Counted from the first letter of the stretch, positions 22,024 to 35,023 are shown. The stretch is DNA of 64,000 nucleotides from Rhina ancylostomus (GCA_030265395.1 JARFYF010000029.1:9129925-9193924), one strand, 5' to 3'. Numbers and translations: made by a program. Notes: generated by a model from the letters alone, not told the origin.

Positions 22024-24864
22024 AAAAAATCTTTTTTTCCATCGGTACTATCTGGGTATGTGGCTCCATGTGTTAATGGGATGAAGGTGGATCTCTTTGG
22101 GCTGTGATAGCTTTGCTATTCAATGGTTTCTTGGCACTCTTGCAACCAAGGACCATGTGGTCCCAGAGGGCCGCTGATAATCCCAGAACCAGAGGTCGCA
22201 GGCGAACTAGAAAAGTCTATCTTTTTTTTCCAGTTCCTTGTCTCTAGAGCTCAAGCGAATGTCCTCAGCCTCAATCAATATCCAGCCCAAGCATCTGCAA
22301 CCCTTTTTTTTGAGAGATCTGGTGATCGACCCGCCTATCCAGCTCCCCTCCTCTGCTTCAGCCCATGCCTTCCGTTGCTACTGGCAGTGACGTGGCAAAC
22401 AGTTCCTTGGAATTCATCACATTGGAGCTCTTGATGTGATGGAGTATCCTGCATTCCTTGATTATCACAGACAAAGTGTAGCTTATGCATGATGATACTT
22501 TAATCAAAGGTAGAGTCCAGCTTTGATTCCCTGAGGAGCTGGCAGAGGTGATTCCTGTACTCTTTTCCTGAACCTCGCTTGTGTTTTACTAGTGTGTTCA
22601 GCTCTTGCAGAAGATCATGCAACTTTCTGATTGGCTGGCAAATTTGAGTGTTGTGATGTACAAGGCATTTTATTTGTGTGGAGAGTGCATGACTGGACAG
22701 AAGGCTTTCTTGTTTGCTTGACTAATTGTACTAATAGCTGAGATCCCTTGTCACTCTTCCCTGAATCTGATTCATTCCCTGAGGTCTTACAAATTTAGTG
22801 GGATCATGAGGCCTACACTAATTGAGGGCACTGTGTTACTAAAGGAAGGTAGGGGTTGGTGGGAGGGGTGGGAAGGAAGACATTTTGGGAGAGAGACAGC
22901 AGCTGTGTGAGAATGAATGAACAGAAAGTAATCGATCCATAGCAGAGTAGATGGGCAGATGAGAGAGTCACAGAGTCTTTCATTCAGCATCTGTAAGTAT
23001 TGGCATGCTGGTTTCATTGATATGTATTCATGTAAGATGGTGATAATCCTTTTCACCAGGAGATAACCAGCTGCCAGTGGTTTGCAACATTATTCATGGT
23101 CTATTTACATGACGTTCTTAAAGAATGTCCACCAAACATGGATCTGTTTTTAGCACCCTGAGTCAAGAATCTGTAAGAAATGGAGCAAAAATTAAGCAGT
23201 TGGTTCATAGACACATTAATTGTGTTTATCTGTTTTCCCTCATTTGGGCTTCTGTAACACGTGAATGCATTCGGTTCTTTTGATCCCTCTCCTGGAAACA
23301 GGCTACACAACGCCAAGTTATTTCTGGAAGAGAATGGGAGAAAGGGAAGGTCACCTCTATCAGCACAATCTAGTCACTGAGGAGAATTGCTTCTGAGGCA
23401 AGTTTGCCTGCACTTTGCGTTCACCCCTAGTCCATGATGGCTGGCTTACATTCTGTGCAGGAGATGTTTATCAACAAGATGGCCTTGGCACAAGTGGTTA
23501 CACATGTGTCAATAGGTTAAGAACTCAACCGTAGGAGAGTAAATTCAATTGGGTGAAACTGCAGCTGAATTTCCAGCAACTCAATTCAAGTGGGGATTTA
23601 TAATTTATAAGGTTGCTCACCATTGCTACCTCTGAAAGGCTATCAATCCTTTTAATATTTTATTTCTGGAGTTGTGTGCACTTACCCGTTTATAAAAGTA
23701 ACTTTTTTTTTCAACCTTCCTGCTTTCATTATTCTTCTGTTTTGCCCCACATTCTTGCCAACTTCTACTGATTCTTTAATGTCTTTGTATTCTCCCAGCA
23801 GCTCTTGCTTGTCTTCAGCTTTTCTGTCAGTTTTGTTCGCTGTTGAAAGCTTCCAGTTTCCCTGTGACGAGTAATTTGTTCCCTCTGCCACAACTGCAGC
23901 ATGACTTCCTGCTGGTATCTCACTACACTTCCTCAGCCTCCTGTGTGGGACCTTTTTTTTTTATACTTGTTTGGTCCTTCTCCTTAGCCTGTTGGAATTC
24001 CGACACTAATGTAATCTCCAGCTTTCTCTACCTATTTTGTTATCAATTTAACAGACTTGGGTATTCTAAAATAAAAATCACCCATGTTCTTTATGAATAG
24101 ATTGTAGGAAAACTCTTTTGATGGTTTGTGCTGGAGAACTATTGTAATGAATCTGAGTGTGCCTTTTGCTTGATCAATCTAAATTTAACATCCAAACTGA
24201 CACATGCTTTCTAAAGCCAAGTAAGATCTTGAACAGAATAGAAACCTCATTTGGCAGAAATCTTGAATGGAGATCGGCCCTGGAGCTGCAGCCAAAATGC
24301 TCGCTTCCCGAAACAAAATATTGAGTGATCACTCTCTGCTCTATTTTACATGTTTAGCCAGCCACAGACTGAAATGCATGACTGATTTCAAAGAAGGATT
24401 AGTCAGGCAGTGGAAAATGCTGTGATGTTTAATGACGTCAAAGAATATTTTTTGGGTTAGTTAATTAGACTAAATGAAGGAAGCAGTTGGGTTTCCATTT
24501 TCACACCATTTTGATTTGAAGGAGATCTCAGTATTAATCGATGAACAGCTACAAGAAGACAGACATGGGAAATTTTCTTAGTGATCCCACTTTATGTCTG
24601 CTTGAAATTTATCTATTTGATTATTCCTTTGAATGTGTCCCCCAACTTTCCCTCACCTCTCAGGGACTCCAGCACTGGTGTTCTCCTAAATAAGAAGCAC
24701 TATAAGAATGCAAGTTGTGAAAGATGTGCAAAGTGCAACCTCCCCCTTGCCGCCTGGCATAAACTACATTAGACCAAAGTGTCCTGGTTTAGGTCCACTG
24801 CTCACAATCCTCATCTGCCTGCACTTTATTGGGACCTGATCCTCTTGAGTCTGGTGTAAGGCAG

Positions 24865-24868
<4 letters not shown>

Positions 24869-24904
<36 letters not shown>
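24869..24904. repeat. (TG)18 microsatellite
   Basis: Perfect dinucleotide run. Confidence 0.95.
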
Positions 24905-24906
<2 letters not shown>

Positions 24907-26004
24907 GTGGGGGAGAGGGTAGTCTGTTCTGAGGCCCTGCCCCCAGAATATCCTGACAGCCTTTGCCAGATTGTCTGATTGAGATATTCAGATAGATGCA
25001 ATTACTTAAAGCTATTTTAAAAAGTAAACAAATTTATGTAAATGAAATGGATGTCATAATAAAGGAATATAAGTAAAACACTTTGCTGCACTTTGCCTTC
25101 TTCCACAGGATTGGTGACTCCACTCAGTGACCCTGTTCACTTGTTTGTCAGTTCCTCTGTTGTGCAGCTGAAAGCTGTCCAAGAATTTTATCCAGACCCT
25201 CCTGTGGTGAGTCACTATTGGGCCTCTGGTGCTGATGATCCACACTCCAGTCCACCAGCTTGGAACAGCCCCAGCTTCAGAAAGTACAATTCATTGAATT
25301 CACCCATGTACATGTAGAAAATGTGGCATTTTAATGAAATACATGTGTCAAGATCGCAGGATCATTATGGGTTGGAGAGGGCAACTCGCTTACAGGGCAT
25401 CCATCCAGGAGGGCTGGCACCCTATCATTTTGGCGCTCCATTTATTTCTCAGTGCTTCCGGATTAATTGACCCCTTGCCTTGTTATTCCTTCTATGGATC
25501 AATAAGGATGAATTCATTCATGTCAATGTGAAGTTTTCCTTTTGTTTTTAAGCCTGTGATTCATATGTTCTGCTCTCGTATAATTAAGACAACATTCCTG
25601 ATTTACTGTTTTCCCCCCTCTTGCTTCGATGACCATCCCATGGAATCGTCTCACTGTGGGAATCCCCAAGCCTCTCCGTTATTTTGTCTTAATCTTAGCA
25701 TTGGGTATTGGAGGTTAATCGGCCTTTTGCCTCCTCTCTGTACTCTCTTCTACACTTGGGATTTTGTCCTGGAGCTGACAGGAAGCAACAAGTTGAGCCC
25801 TTTGGCTGTAGACTTGCGACAGCTGCATTTGTCCACCTCAAAAGAATGTGTCACCATTTCAATGGCCAACCGCATTTTATTTCACCTCCAAATAAATCCA
25901 CTCACTTTTGATGCATCCTTTTGTTGGCGGTATGTTTTAATGTATCTGGGCTTGTGCCAGAAGGGGAGCGATAAACTCACTTAAAGTACGTGAAAATAAA
26001 AAAA

Positions 26005-26200
26005 AGTTGCAGATGCTGGAAATTTAAAGTAAAAACAGAAAATGCTGGAAATAGCAGGTCAGGCTGCACCTGTGGGAAGAGAAGCAGAGTTACATTAACG
26101 TTTGAGGTTGAGGACCCTTTGTCAGAACAGGGAAGGAGACAAAAGAAGCTTGTGAAGCTGTGGGGGCGTCTCTGATAGGGTAAAACCGAGGTCATCTAGT
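26005..26200 (-). mobile_element. Penelope-derived arm with a decayed hammerhead motif
   Basis: tgcagatgctggaaattt...aaatgctggaaatagcaggtcaggc...aacgtttgaggttgaggaccctttgtcagaac. Confidence 0.7.
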
Positions 26201-26814
26201 TCACAAGTGAATGGGAGCAGTGAGAACATTGACAAAAAGATGTAGGAATTGCAAAATACAGAGCAAGTAGATGTGCCCGGCAGGTCACACTTGGCATGTG
26301 CTTCACTTCTCAGAGAAAAGGAAACAAAAAGGGACGGGGAAGAAAGATGGGCCGTTTCCTGGCTCATCTTGCTCCCTGTGAACTTGGCACTCTTTCTTCA
26401 GGAAGCTGGTACAGAGGGAAATGATAATTTGTGCTGACAACAGTGACTACACGGCAAACGCCCATGAAGTGAATGCATGTGGCTGCCTCGCCCCCACCAG
26501 TGACGCCATCCTTCCCTTTTGCTCTTTGCCACGGAGACCACAGCCCTGTTCAGCCAACAGACTCTGTGATCTCCTCACCGCCAGCCTATTTAAACTTCTC
26601 ACAACCACAGTTACCACATTCCTGCTGGGTGTCTTCGTGCCCACAGATGCTGTGAGACTGCCTGGTTCCCTGCCATCCACAGCAGGAATCATCCTGTCCC
26701 ACCTACATCCAGCCACAGAACCCATCATTTCAACATAATAGTGCCTTTAACAAGAGGCAGGCAACTTTTTGCAAAGCAAATCTGAGTCCTCATAAAGGCC
26801 AACTGTGCATGCTT

Positions 26815-27175
26815 GTTTTTATGTGGTGTCTTTAACAATCTTGGGATGACTCCAAGCATCTTGCAGGCAGTTTTTAAATGTAACCACTGTTGTAATTAAG
26901 ACGAACAGCTATTGAGCCACGGTGTGATAATGACCAGATAATCTGTTTGGGTGGTTACGGTCGAGTGATACATATTGGCCTGGGAGCACACTGTTGAAAT
27001 GATCCCATGGGCTTCTTAGCACACAGCTGTGACCAGGCCTCAACTTAATACCTCATGTAAAAGACTGCTCCCATGACAATGCAGCGCTCCCTCCATACTA
27101 CATGGAAGTGCTTTTAGATCTTGAGTTGCTGCAGTTAATACTCAAACCGATGATCTCTCGACTCTGAGCCAAAGC
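26815..27175 (-). mobile_element. Deu-domain SINE
   Basis: gtgataatgaccagataatctgttt, atattggcctggga, gacaatgcagcgctccctccatact are the reverse complement of the DeuSINE core. Confidence 0.7.
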
Positions 27176-27859
27176 TGGATGTGTCATATTCATGGGAACT
27201 CAAATAGAGTGTTTTCAGTTCCTGCCTCTGATTTCTTCGACTACTTCATGTTTAAACACATCAATGCATAGCCTTGGGATCAAGTTGAAAGTGCTGTGTG
27301 GTTTCACTAAGTATTGATTATAGACCCCATCTGTACACTAATAATGTCCATTGATGGATGGTGTGTGACCACATTTGCCGAACAATCAGTGCCATCACCA
27401 CTTAAAACCACAAAGGCCTGTTCTCTGTTGCCTCTCAGGAAATGGTGTTGCAGCCTCAAGCAAAAGTCTCAAAACACAAAGAAGCACAGACTGTTAGAAT
27501 AATTGAAATATGATATGGTCTGAGATGCAGTTGGGATGGGGTGCAAGGTCGGGGCAGGGTGTGATGTTGCTAGGCTGCTCTGGGACATTTTTAGCAATTC
27601 TATAGTGCAATACGTGCCCGATTGTTTCTTTNNNNNNNNNNNNNNNNNNNNNNNNNNNNNNNNNNNNNNNNNNNNNNNNNNNNNNNNNNNNNNNNNNNNN
27701 NNNNNGGCAAAAGATGTAGCCTGATATTCTGAACATAATAGACAACAACAATCTCCTCAAGTGACGTGGTGTGTTTATCCATTGAATTGCTTGCTCTGGA
27801 AAGTCTCAGGTTAAATTTACTTTGAGGACAACAACACAGTTGAATGCTGTTGGAGTGCC

Positions 27860-28340
27860 AGCTCTAACATCCACAAAGGATTGTGAGTTTAAGTCCCACT
27901 CCAGACGTGGTGCACACTGATAGTTCAGTGTACTTCTGGCAATGGCATCTAACCATCCTAAGTTGTTGGCGCCGGAGGAGTGGCGACACTTACGGGCTGC
28001 CCCCAGCACATTCTCAGTAATGCAAAAAAACAATGCATTTCACTGTGTGTTTCGATGTGCACGTGACTAATAAATAAATATCTTATATCTTGTATCTTAA
28101 GCATCCTTTCAGGTGAATGTAAAAGAATTTTCCTTGGGTCTTGGCCGGCATCCTCCATTGGTGACAACACATGACAGTTGCTTAATCATTTCATTACTAT
28201 CTGTGGGGCTCTGCCTTGTAGAATTGGCTGCTGTATCTTTCTACATCCGTGACCAGAGTTTAATATACTATTCATTGATGGTGAAAAGTGTTTCAAAGTC
28301 CTGAGATTGCAAACATTTCTCTACAAATGTAAATTATTTC
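27860..28340 (+). mobile_element. Deu-domain SINE interrupted by a younger SINE 3' fragment
   Basis: gagtttaagtcccactccaga head; gaattggctgctgtatctttctacat and gtgtttcaaagtcctgag...aaatgtaaatt tail. Confidence 0.6.
27960..28100 (+). mobile_element. 3' part of a V-SINE subfamily with a Rex1-like tail
   Basis: gttggcgcc...gggctgcccccagcacattc...tttcactgtgtgtttcgatgtgcacgtgactaataaata plus a short atatctt repeat; near reverse complement of 50893-51000. Confidence 0.7.
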
Positions 28341-29235
28341 CATTTATTCTTGCACATGATACTCCCATCCAGCATTCATTTTGATCTTTGAATCTAACAT
28401 GATTGCTGTAGTTTGTGAAGTAAATGGTTATAAAGCTTTATGCTAAAAGAACTTTTGATAAATGCCACCTTTGTTGTCTTTATAGGTGGTTTTTGATGAT
28501 TATTGATCTGTGCATCCATTTTCCCATTCTATCCAACTTTTATCTCAACCATTGATCCTCATAATCAGTAAGAGAGAAGCTGCCTTTTTGAGGATTCTAT
28601 AATGTACAACTTTATCCTGGCAACAGCTTGCTGTGGAGTTGAGGAACAGTTCCTGTGTACGAAGAAAGTTGTGTACTTCCCTTGCTGCTGCTTACATGAT
28701 TGCTTCTTCCTTGCATCAAAAACAATATCTTAACCTTGCCTGAAAATGAAATCTTCACCAGAGTAACATCAGAAAAAAAAGTTCATTCATCTTTCCATTT
28801 GTCCAAAAACTGCAAGTATTTTTTGGGTACTTAACAGGAGACTGAAAGGATTGCAAATAACATCATTAAAAGACCCCATATCATAGTCCTAATTTGGGGT
28901 GGGTTAATCTTTTCATTGCTGTTATATTGGAACAAGGATTGTGCACTAGCGATGTAAAACTGTGTGGGAATTCCCATTCCCTAACAGTCAACTTGTGCCA
29001 CTGCACACATAATTGATTCTTCAGGGCACGTATGTACACATACCAAGTTGTGTGTATCCTGCTCTTCTGACTCGGGTCTTTTCTGTTTGCCCCTTTCCAT
29101 TGTGCCCAGTTGTCTTCAAGTTACTAATGTACTGAAAATCTTTCCCTAAATTATCCAACTTCATTACATCCCTATGATTGAGCCATAGCGTGAATAAATG
29201 GTTAATTAATGTGAATAACATGCCTCACCCGATCA

Positions 29236-29395
29236 ATCTGAGAAACAGAGTTAATACTTCAGGTGGAAGGGTTTGATGACAGGTCTTCAACCTGAAGTGT
29301 TGATTCTGTTTCTCTTTGCACAGTTGGTATCTGATCTGCTGAGTGTTTCCAGTATTTTTTGTTTTCAGATTTCAAGCATCTGCAGTTTTGTTGAT
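29236..29395 (+). mobile_element. Penelope-derived palindromic remnant
   Basis: gagaaacagagttaatacttcaggt...acctgaagtgttgattctgtttctc hairpin, then gagtgtttccagtatt...catctgcag. Confidence 0.7.
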
Positions 29396-31334
29396 TTTCG
29401 CTCAGAGCAGATTCGCTTGTGCGACAGTGTTTGTGCAATAACATTTTGATCAATTTCATTGTAATTTTCCTGAAACTTTCATTGTGGCCGCAGAAATGCT
29501 GCAGTTCAACTTTAAGCCATGTGTCATGTCAGGAATAAAGCAGCAACTTAGAGGTTTCATTGGTATCTGTGTTTGAAGAGTATTTGGTGAATAGGTTCCA
29601 CTTTTTCCACAAAGTCTTCAACCTCTGTATTTAATTAGACCACTTCTGTCCCCACTTCATCTCTATGCCATCTTTCTTGGGATGTAATGAGACCATTGTT
29701 CTCCGGCTTTGGTGGGTTGGATTGAGTCATTTGCAGACCAGATGCTTTAATCTACATTCCCCTTGAGAGATGAGCTACATTGAATCCAAATACATACAGC
29801 TTGGTATCCATCAAGTATTTCCTACCTTTGTGCTGTCTCCACTAACTCTGACCATCTGTAACCAGGATATCTTTTTGAATGGGATGAGAATCAAGCTCTT
29901 GTTTTCTTTTACTAGTTTTGTTTTGAAAACCTGTTTACAATACACCAGGAGTATTGAATCAGTCTCAATGTACTTTGTTTGCTTGCATCATTAGAGTTTT
30001 GTTTTTGAGTACACAAAGCCCTTCTGTGGTTAGAATGTAATTACCAAATGCCAACACGAGTTAATTAATCACTTGGGCAACTGAAAGGAGGTGGGAGGGT
30101 GTAGGAGGAGGACTGGAGGCGTTGTCATGACGCTAATTAAGTTAATTAAAGAAGAACAATCTTGGGAGGTGGAATGGGTGGAAGGCGCAATGATTATGCT
30201 CAGTTCACTGATTTTCTTTTGATTGTGAGGGGACATGGGGTTAAATGGGTAATGTAGCCAGAACAGCAGTTAATCAATTAACGGGACAGCGCTCAATAGC
30301 TCTCAGCATCTTTTATGAGGGTCATGACCTGATAAGTTGTGAACAGGCTTCAGTGTGTGGTACTTTGTTTAATGTAATGGGTTGTGGCACCATTCATGGA
30401 AGTGACTGAGTGTTTGTTTTAGGGTATCTGGCTAATTGATTGTCCTTTCAAATGTTGGGGTGCCATTTTGTACCATTGGAAGATCAAGGGAAATCGCTGC
30501 ACAGCAAATTCCCACCCCTTTTGAGGCCATGAGTTTAATGTGCTTTGTGACCAGAAAATGTTCACCAACATTTTGGAAGGGGAAGATTGAAATGCTTGTG
30601 AATTACAGAGTCAGCAACTGATTTGCGATAACGAGTTGTGCGGTTGTATGATACCTTTCACATCAAATGTTCCAACATGCTTTACCAAAGTTAACAGTCC
30701 CTTGTAAGATATGAGGTCTCCAATTGTTTAATTGCAGGGTGTTTTTTTATTAATGTCTTACGATAGAGGAAGAAGTGGACAGGAAAGAAGGTTTAAAGAG
30801 GGAATTTTATATCTTGGGGCTGCAGCAAATGAAGGTACAGCCACAAGTAGAGTGCTGGAGGAAGTGTTGTGGAGTGGTTTTCAGGAAGTGCTGATTTCTT
30901 ACAAAGTTGTACGTGGTCAGAAACTCTGGAGCATAAAGAGCTTTGGTTAATGGGCCATCCTGAATGCTGCAGCACTCGCCAGTGGTAGAAATGGTGGAGA
31001 AGACTGCATGCCGCAGGCTGACTTGGTGGTTTCATTTTCCAACACCAGTGTGAGTTATTATTTGCTTTTCCTAAATACACCGACCACTGAGAAACTTCTT
31101 GCAGCTAGGAAATACAGTTGACCACACGCTGTGTGTCATTTAATGACTTAAGATCAAGATCCTTTGCCCAATAGGCAGCGAGGCACCATGTACTGTGTCA
31201 GTTATTGTAAAATAATTTTGTCTGGTTTCAAGGGTTAGTCACAGCACAAGTGCAAACCTGTGGGTTCAGAAGCATCATTGCTCTTCTGTTTCACTTTTTC
31301 TCCTCCATTTCCATTACTTTCCTTACAGCAAGTG

Positions 31335-31825
31335 GATTGAAAGGCAAATGGCATATTGCCCTTTATTGCAAGAGGTTTGGAGTTTAGAAATGGGGAAGTA
31401 TTGTTACAATTACACGGGGTACTGGCTAGGCCATATCTGGAGTACAGTGCAAAGTTTTAGTCCTCTGAACAGAGGATATGTTGGTATTAGATGCAATTCT
31501 AAGAACATTCCTGGGATAATTGGATTGTCCTATCATGAGCAGTTAAAGAAATGGGGAACCGACACAGAAGAAAGTTGTTGGGTATAGATCAGATATGATC
31601 ACATTGAATGGCAGAGGAGGCTTGAGGGGCCAGGTGCCCTACTACTTCTGTGTTTTTGCATTGGGAGTATTTTGCATTGAAAAATCAGGGAATTGAGAAC
31701 TACAGAGAACTGGTGCAGAAGAGGAGACGAGGCTTGGGGCAGATCAGCCATGCTCATATTGAATGGTGGGACACGCTTGGGCCAACTTGCCTTTCCTGCT
31801 ATTTTCTCAGCATATGTTCTGATGT
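31335..31825 (+). mobile_element. CR1 LINE fragments (RT C-terminal part and 3' UTR)
   Basis: ggctaggccatatctggagtacagtgca (RPxLEY); two gatcagccatg...attgaatgg 3' UTR motifs. Confidence 0.7.
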
Positions 31826-32611
31826 TCCCAGCATCATAGTGCTGTTTTAAATGCATGATAATTGCAGATTGGCCTCCTCGCTTAGATGGCAAAAGAAATA
31901 TGCAATTGATTCTAAAATATATTGGGATGTCCTGCAGCTGGAAAAGGGTTATGTAATTCCAAGTTCTCCGATGTCCATGCAACCTGTTCCAGAGCCATTC
32001 TTTTTGAGGATATTGCAAATCTAGATATTAGAATTGTTCTTTGCTTGTCGTAAGCAGCCAACATTTGACTTCAAATAAGGAGAAAGTGATCAGCCAGGGT
32101 TCCCGCTGCTGATCAGTGCTTGCTGCCTTGCTGAGCAGACTAAGATGAATCCAGTGCATTCAGGGAGTGCTTGGAATCTAAGGAGACATGATCCCAATCT
32201 CCATTCTGTCCATCAAAAGAAGCAGAAAGCTCCAACCTGGCTCCTTCCAATTGTTCTCAACTACATTGACCATCTTGGGAAAGGAATTTGCCACCAGTGA
32301 AATGAAAGAGTGCACTGTCTCCATAGGTAACAATGGAGTGAAACTTGAGGTGCTAAAGTGCACGTGTATCTGCTTGTTACGGAGAAAATTAGCCCAGGGT
32401 CCCATACCTAATGCTGAATCAGCAACTTTCATTGTAAGTGATGTTATATTTCTGGGACCAGGGATCAGAATTGGGGTTAGGCATGTTGCCTCTGCAGTTG
32501 AATAGTTTGTTGGCATCTACAATCAGGCCTACCTCTTGAAGAGTACCCGGTTATGCAAGGAAAAGTCCGTGGCACCTTGAAGTACATTGGGGCTGTTTCC
32601 AGGAGAAAGAT

Positions 32612-32955
32612 GGGTCACAGAATCACACAGCACAGAAACAAGCCCATCAGTCACTGAGTCCATGCTGACCATCAAGCATCCATCTACACTAATCCCATTT
32701 ATTCTCTCCAGATTCCCATCAGTTCCCCCAGATTCTACCACTCATCTAATACTCTCGGGGCAGTTTACTACTGTCAATTAGCTTATTAACCCACATGTCT
32801 TTGAACATGAGAGGAAGCTAGAGCACCTGAGGGAAACCACAGGATCACAAGGTGAACACACAAATTCCACACCGGCAGTGCCGGAGGTTCGTATTGGACT
32901 CGGGTCGTGGAGCTGTGAGGCAGCTACATGACTAGCTGCACCACTGCGCTGCCTG
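32612..32955 (-). mobile_element. V-SINE (HE1-like)
   Basis: cacagcacagaaacaagccc tail; gagcacctgagggaaaccac V domain; ggagctgtgaggcagc head. Confidence 0.8.
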
Positions 32956-34750
32956 TTGGTTTCCCACAGTCAGAACAGTGATCGTAGTGCAGGACTGTCC
33001 TAACGTCTCAGTTAAGGGAGGGTACCTCTGATTCCAGAATGACAGTACTACTACTGTGCTGCAGCTAACTCCCACTGTGATGACTGCCATCTTCATTACA
33101 CATTAAGAAATGTTGCTGGCAACCCAAGCATTTGAGTGCTGCTTTATAAGTATAGATGCTATCTCATTTTTACTGCCGCCTGTCAGATGGGCTAATTATT
33201 TTCTGCAGATATTTGAGAAAACATTCATCATCCCAAGGCAGATACATGAAAGCTATAATCCAGGTGCCATAACATTAGTGGGTCCAGAAATCTTCAGACT
33301 GTGGCGACAGAGCTTAGCTTGGAAACGTTTTCCTTGGAAGCAGATTGCTATCCTGGGTAAAATTACATCTCTTGTGAGGCCACCAGAACTAAAATGTTTA
33401 CCACATTTTGTTTTGCAGTAACATGAGGGGCTATAAAAACGACATGGGTTCAAGGGTTGCGGTTTGGTGTATTCCTTGATGAAGGTCGCTAAGGCCTTGT
33501 GCACTGTGAGTACCTGACTGGACTGCAGGACTAGTATTGAGCCTTCAAGGAGACCCTGAATATAAAACCATGCATGGTTTTACTTCCTGGGTCTTGGGAG
33601 AAGGCCAGTATGACCCAAGTGTGTAGGTGAGTGGTAGAATCTGGGAGGAACTGAAGAGAATGTGGGGAGAATAAAGAANNNNNNNNNNNNNNNNNNNNNN
33701 NNNNNNNNNNNNNNNNNNNNNNNNNCAATGGGCTGAAGGACCCTTTTCTGTGCTGTCTCTCAATGACTCTATAACTGATTTGGTAACATTTATCCTTCAT
33801 GCAACATCCCCAAAACTGATCATTTATTTATCATCCCATTGCAGTTTGTGGGATATTGTTGTACACAGATGAACTGCCAGGGTTCCAACACTGCAAGTGG
33901 CTGTGCTACAAATATACTTCAGAGAGAGCAAACAGAGATGGGACATTTAATGTTCACTGCTTGGCCTGCGGAAGAAACAAAATGCAGTCAATATTTGCTT
34001 TGTTAAGATGCTGATGCCAGCTGGCCTATTATGAAATAAAATCAGATAAGTGAGATGAAATCTGCTGTTAGGCACCAACTAGCTCATGTAGTGCATTCAC
34101 ATCACTGTTTGCCCATCAGTTTGAAACTGTTTGTTCTTGTTCAATAAATGACTGCATCTCTTACACTGAGGTAGCTTTGGTACAGAGGAACTTGGTCAAG
34201 TTTATTAGCTGTTAGTCTGTTTTGATTTGCTCCGTGTTAAAAGCAGGTTAGTAGATGTAAAGTTATGATAGGAGGGAGCTTCTGAGATAATCATTCAGAC
34301 TTGGTTTTACATCAAACGGATTGGAGGAGAAATCCAGACTTCAGTCCGATTTTGATGCAAGATTGTGGTGTTTTTTTTGTTGTTTTACACATTCTGCCAT
34401 TGATTTTGGCTGCAACCCATATGTGGTTAGTTTCACAAAAAATGCATGCACCACTCACGGTTGGAATGTTTTCTTGTCTGTGTTGGTGCACCAATCACCT
34501 GGATGGCTGAGGAGGCCTTTCAATGTGAAATATGTTTATTCACGCACTTACAGCAGTGGTGGGGAAGTGGAGGGCCAAATGCCATCTTGGCTGTGGGGCG
34601 GACACCAAAGAAATTTTGACTTCTTCCTGCTAGACTGAATAATTCCAATGGATATTCTGTGTTGTCTTCATTGCAATAATTTTCGAGTCGCCATACACCT
34701 GTCAATCTGCCTCATTCTTTTGCTTGCATGTTTTTTTCTCTCTGGTGTCT

Positions 34751-34897
34751 TTATTTTAGGGTATGCAGGACCAGGTTGTGGTTATTTTAGGATATGCAGG
34801 ACCTGGTTGTGGTTATTTTAGGATATGCAGGACCAGGTTGTGGTTATTTTAGGATATGCAGGACCTGGTTGTGGTTATTTTAGGGTATGCAGGACCT
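34751..34897. repeat. Minisatellite, 31-bp unit, about 4.7 copies
   Basis: Unit ttattttaggRtatgcaggaccWggttgtgg in tandem. Confidence 0.95.
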
Positions 34898-35023
34898 AAT
34901 TTGTTGGACACCAGCTATCATTAATTGAGTAACTATTTGACAAAGGACAATTTGCCAACCTGTTGGTCCTGGCACTCCTGCCTTTTGAATCAGAAGCATG
35001 TGATCTCTGGCTGCAGTCCACAT

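Noticed and set aside
32178-32516. ORFs open on both strands (112 and 105 aa)
   Set aside because: No recognisable homology; lengths are compatible with chance in 64 kb.
34751-34897. CRISPR-like 31-bp repeats
   Set aside because: The units are contiguous with no spacers, there are no cas genes, and the context is eukaryotic.
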